64,000 bases of DNA from Promethearchaeota archaeon (lineage in GTDB: Archaea > Asgardarchaeota > Lokiarchaeia > Sigyniarchaeales > SOKP01), in assembly GCA_048940925.1 (NCBI GenBank), contig JBHLOC010000003.1, forward strand, positions 96,001 through 160,000. Direction: 5' to 3'. Under the pieces are notes generated by a model, which saw nothing but the letters and a program-made list of their open reading frames with translations, was not told the origin of the DNA and ran no database searches. This document shows positions 61,312 through 64,000 of the stretch, piece by piece. Position numbers and translations under genes: made by a program. The number at the start of each line of letters is the position of its first letter. Position 1 is the stretch's first letter.

Positions 61312-62673
61312 GTGAATCAAATGAGTAATACTAATAAACTTCCATGGGTTGAAAAATATCGACCAAAAAGCTTATCTGAAATGGCATTACCTACAGCAAG
61401 AGTTAGGGGTCAAAAAGTTAAGTTGGATGAAGAATTAAACAATTTTGTTAAAAATTTCTTTCTGGAACGAAATCGAATAAATAAAGAAAAGATAAAAATT
61501 AGAATCTTTAATAGAACCGCTAATGAAAAAGAACAAAAAGAAGAAATTATGATTTCTCCCGAAAAAGCAGCGGTTCTGTTAGAGGGACCTCCAGGAATCG
61601 GTAAAACATCAATTGTTTACGCACTTGCTAATGACCTAAATATGGAAGTGATTGAGACAAATGCTTCTGATACAAGGACTAGAGCTACTCTTGAGAGAAA
61701 ATTAAAAGAAACGACTAAAACTCGTGGGATAATGGATTTTATTACTGAATCTAAAGAAAAGTTAATTTTGATCGATGAGATTGATGGGATTTATGGGGTA
61801 CAAGATAGAGGAGCAATTCCAACCGTTATAGATTTAATTCAAAGTACTCAATTTCCCATTATTATGTGTTCTAATGAATACAAGACTAATCTTCAACCAA
61901 TATATAATAAGATTAGAAGATTTGAGGTAAGACCCTTACCTAAAAAGGAAGTAATTAAAATTGTAAATAGTATTCTCAAAAAAGAAAAGATTACAAATAT
62001 TAAAGATGATGATTTAGAACTACTTATCGAAAAGAATAATGGAGATTTAAGAGGAATTATTAATGACCTCCAAGGGATTAGTCAAGGAAAAGTTGAAGAA
62101 GATGCTAAAGAGTTAATCCTTAGTCTACATCGAGATAGTATCGAAGAAATTTTTACTTTAATACGAGATTTGTTCCAAGTCTCCTCACTAAGAGAAGCTC
62201 GGAATTTAACTGATAAATCTGATGTGGATTATAATTTTTTGTATAAGTGGATAAATGAAAATCTTCCTACATTTATCAAATCAAATAGTGAGATTGCAGA
62301 GGCATATGAAAATCTCTCATTGGCAGATGAAATATTTGGTAGAATCCGTATTAATCAATATTGGGGATTATTGCCTTATTTTTTTGATCTTTTTGCGGGA
62401 GGTGTTGCTTTATCCCGAAAAGAAACTCCCATATCTAATGGTTTTCGAAATGTACTATTTCCTAGATATAGTACTGGAAGTTATTTTTCTTTAAATAGTA
62501 CAGAGAAAGAATTTTTGGAAAAGGTTAGAATAAAATATGAGATATCTCCAATTGAATTTGTACAAAATTTCCTCCCTTTTTTAAAAATTTTATGTGGAAC
62601 TTCAAGAAGACAGCTTAAAAATGTCAGTGATTGGTTAGATTTAGATGCTAAAGAAAAAAAATTATTAAAATAA
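61312..62673 (+). CDS. rfcL: Replication factor C large subunit
   Basis: PWVEKYRP, GPPGIGKT, ETNASD, IDEIDG, GDLR, WINEN and YW.L..Y motifs. Confidence 0.93.
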   Translation: MNQMSNTNKLPWVEKYRPKSLSEMALPTARVRGQKVKLDEELNNFVKNFFLERNRINKEKIKIRIFNRTANEKEQKEEIMISPEKAAVLLEGPPGIGKTSIVYALANDLNMEVIETNASDTRTRATLERKLKETTKTRGIMDFITESKEKLILIDEIDGIYGVQDRGAIPTVIDLIQSTQFPIIMCSNEYKTNLQPIYNKIRRFEVRPLPKKEVIKIVNSILKKEKITNIKDDDLELLIEKNNGDLRGIINDLQGISQGKVEEDAKELILSLHRDSIEEIFTLIRDLFQVSSLREARNLTDKSDVDYNFLYKWINENLPTFIKSNSEIAEAYENLSLADEIFGRIRINQYWGLLPYFFDLFAGGVALSRKETPISNGFRNVLFPRYSTGSYFSLNSTEKEFLEKVRIKYEISPIEFVQNFLPFLKILCGTSRRQLKNVSDWLDLDAKEKKLLK

Positions 62674-62965
62674 AGACCTAATTTAGAGATGTTTGGATGA
62701 AATCACCAATCTTATTAATTATATCTCCAAAAATGGGTAGATTAAATTTTTAAAAATTTAGACCATGAAGATAAAAACATTAAGACATTTATTGATCTTA
62801 TTAATATGTATTTATTAGGTATTTCAATTTCTATTACAAAAGATGAATTTGACTATTTTTAGTCATTTTAGTTTATCAATTTGGAGCTAGTTATTTTCCA
62901 TAAATGATTTAAATAGATGTTTATTTACCCCCATAATTATAATGTTAATAATATAGGTATGGAAA

Positions 62966-63598
62966 ATGCCAGATATCAAAACTTCTGATGTAGAAATATA
63001 TGAGGAAAAAGAAGTTGCTATGTCTCCAAAAGCACGTTTAACATTAGAAATTGTAGGAGCTGCTATTTTTGGGGCATTATCATTGGTATTATCGCTATTT
63101 GTAGTACCATTTTTACCAAGGACTCCTGAGGGTTTTGCATATTTCGATCCAGTTTCGATAATTTGGGTTACATGTTTTCTCATATTCGGTCCATTAGCAG
63201 GAATATTATGTTGTTTAATTGGTATGACAGCACTTTTTCCTTTTGATCCATTTACTCCTATTGGACCACTAATGAAGTTCTCAGCTACTTTTTCATTAAT
63301 TATTGTTCCAATATTGTTATTATACTGGTATAAAAAAAGAGGAGGAGGAAGATTAAGCCAAAAACTAAAGGACCCGAAGACTTACATTATTTATGGATCC
63401 CTAGGTATCGCATTTAGAATAATTGTAATGGTCATTTTAAATATAATTGTTTATTTGGCGTTTTACGGTCAAAAAGGATTAGAATATTGGATTTTTATCG
63501 TAATTTTACTTAATGCGTTGACAAGTGTATGGGACTTAGTAATTCCATATTTTATTGTATTTGGAACAAAAATAGACCAAAAATTTGAGATTTGGTAA
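62966..63598 (+). CDS. Membrane protein, ECF transporter S-component-like
   Basis: AAIFGALS (AxxxA), FDP and FLIFGPLAG motifs; about 6 TM. Confidence 0.7.
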   Translation: MPDIKTSDVEIYEEKEVAMSPKARLTLEIVGAAIFGALSLVLSLFVVPFLPRTPEGFAYFDPVSIIWVTCFLIFGPLAGILCCLIGMTALFPFDPFTPIGPLMKFSATFSLIIVPILLLYWYKKRGGGRLSQKLKDPKTYIIYGSLGIAFRIIVMVILNIIVYLAFYGQKGLEYWIFIVILLNALTSVWDLVIPYFIVFGTKIDQKFEIW

Positions 63599-63742
63599 TC
63601 TTTTTGCTTTCTTTTTTTTTCTATTAATTTAAATTTCATAATAATTCAAGATAAATTAAAGAATTTTATACTAAATACTACTATATTAAAATAATCTAGT
63701 ATCATTTGAGAATTTACTTCATCCAATCAAGAGGGGATTACC

Positions 63743-64000
63743 ATAATTAATAAAGATTATAAAGACATTTTATATAATTTCGAGAATGATATTGCTACTA
63801 TTACTTTAAATCGTCCTGAAAAACACAATGCCTTACAATATCCATTATTAATGGAAATTATAGATGTGCTAGAATATGTGAAGAAAAAGAAGTTAGTCCG
63901 AGTCATTATTATAGAAGGTGCAGGAACAAGTTTCTGTTCTGGAGATGATTTGATAAATTTGGGACCTGAAGGTGTGCGATTTGCCCCATTAGAAGATGGG
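63743..64000 (+). CDS. Enoyl-CoA hydratase/isomerase, N-terminal part (runs off window end)
   Basis: Hand translation IINKDYKDILY...IATITLNRPEKHNAL...GAGTSFCSGDDL; no ATG/GTG/TTG before the conserved part. Confidence 0.88.
   Translation, partial: MINKDYKDILYNFENDIATITLNRPEKHNALQYPLLMEIIDVLEYVKKKKLVRVIIIEGAGTSFCSGDDLINLGPEGVRFAPLEDG

Noticed and set aside
2237-63183. Short overlapping or antisense ORFs in the track (e.g. 2237, 3455, 18671, 28718, 32897, 49580, 52931, 53906, 62887)
   Set aside because: They are shadows of well-supported genes and have no motifs of their own.

Overview
AT-rich archaeal chromosome segment, very probably Asgard/Lokiarchaeia. The basis is the co-occurrence of profilin-like, longin-like and Rab-like GTPase genes with an archaeal proteasome alpha subunit, RFC and PolB2. 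Contents in order: a phosphate locus (pstC/pstS, AbrB-PhoU, PiT plus two DUF47), lipid and amino-acid metabolism genes, an orphan oppC opposite a GH4 glycosidase, a 2839-aa polytopic membrane protein, a liv-type ABC operon with a HEAT protein and acyl-CoA ligase, PolB2 with its small partner, GH20, QueG-like, TM-EEP, a 7TM+longin pair, an inactivated RadA paralog, profilin, dCMP deaminase, a sirtuin, a Rab-like GTPase, psmA, a 2128-aa tandem-repeat protein, an orphan dppA and a three-gene RFC operon. I saw no rRNA, tRNA, CRISPR or transposase. Top finding: the three parts of a PolB2 mutasome-like cassette are split by about 8 kb, yet both halves carry the same promoter architecture (AAAATTGTCRRTGTAT-N23-TTACTTCAT) and the two large proteins end in PIP-like motifs. 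This suggests an SOS-like DNA-damage regulon with an operator I do not recognise. Other findings: a eukaryote-like RFC, two giant repeat proteins, a second shared operator (TTCCCACA) and small ORFs with non-canonical starts. All family calls come from motif recognition by eye, not database searches.
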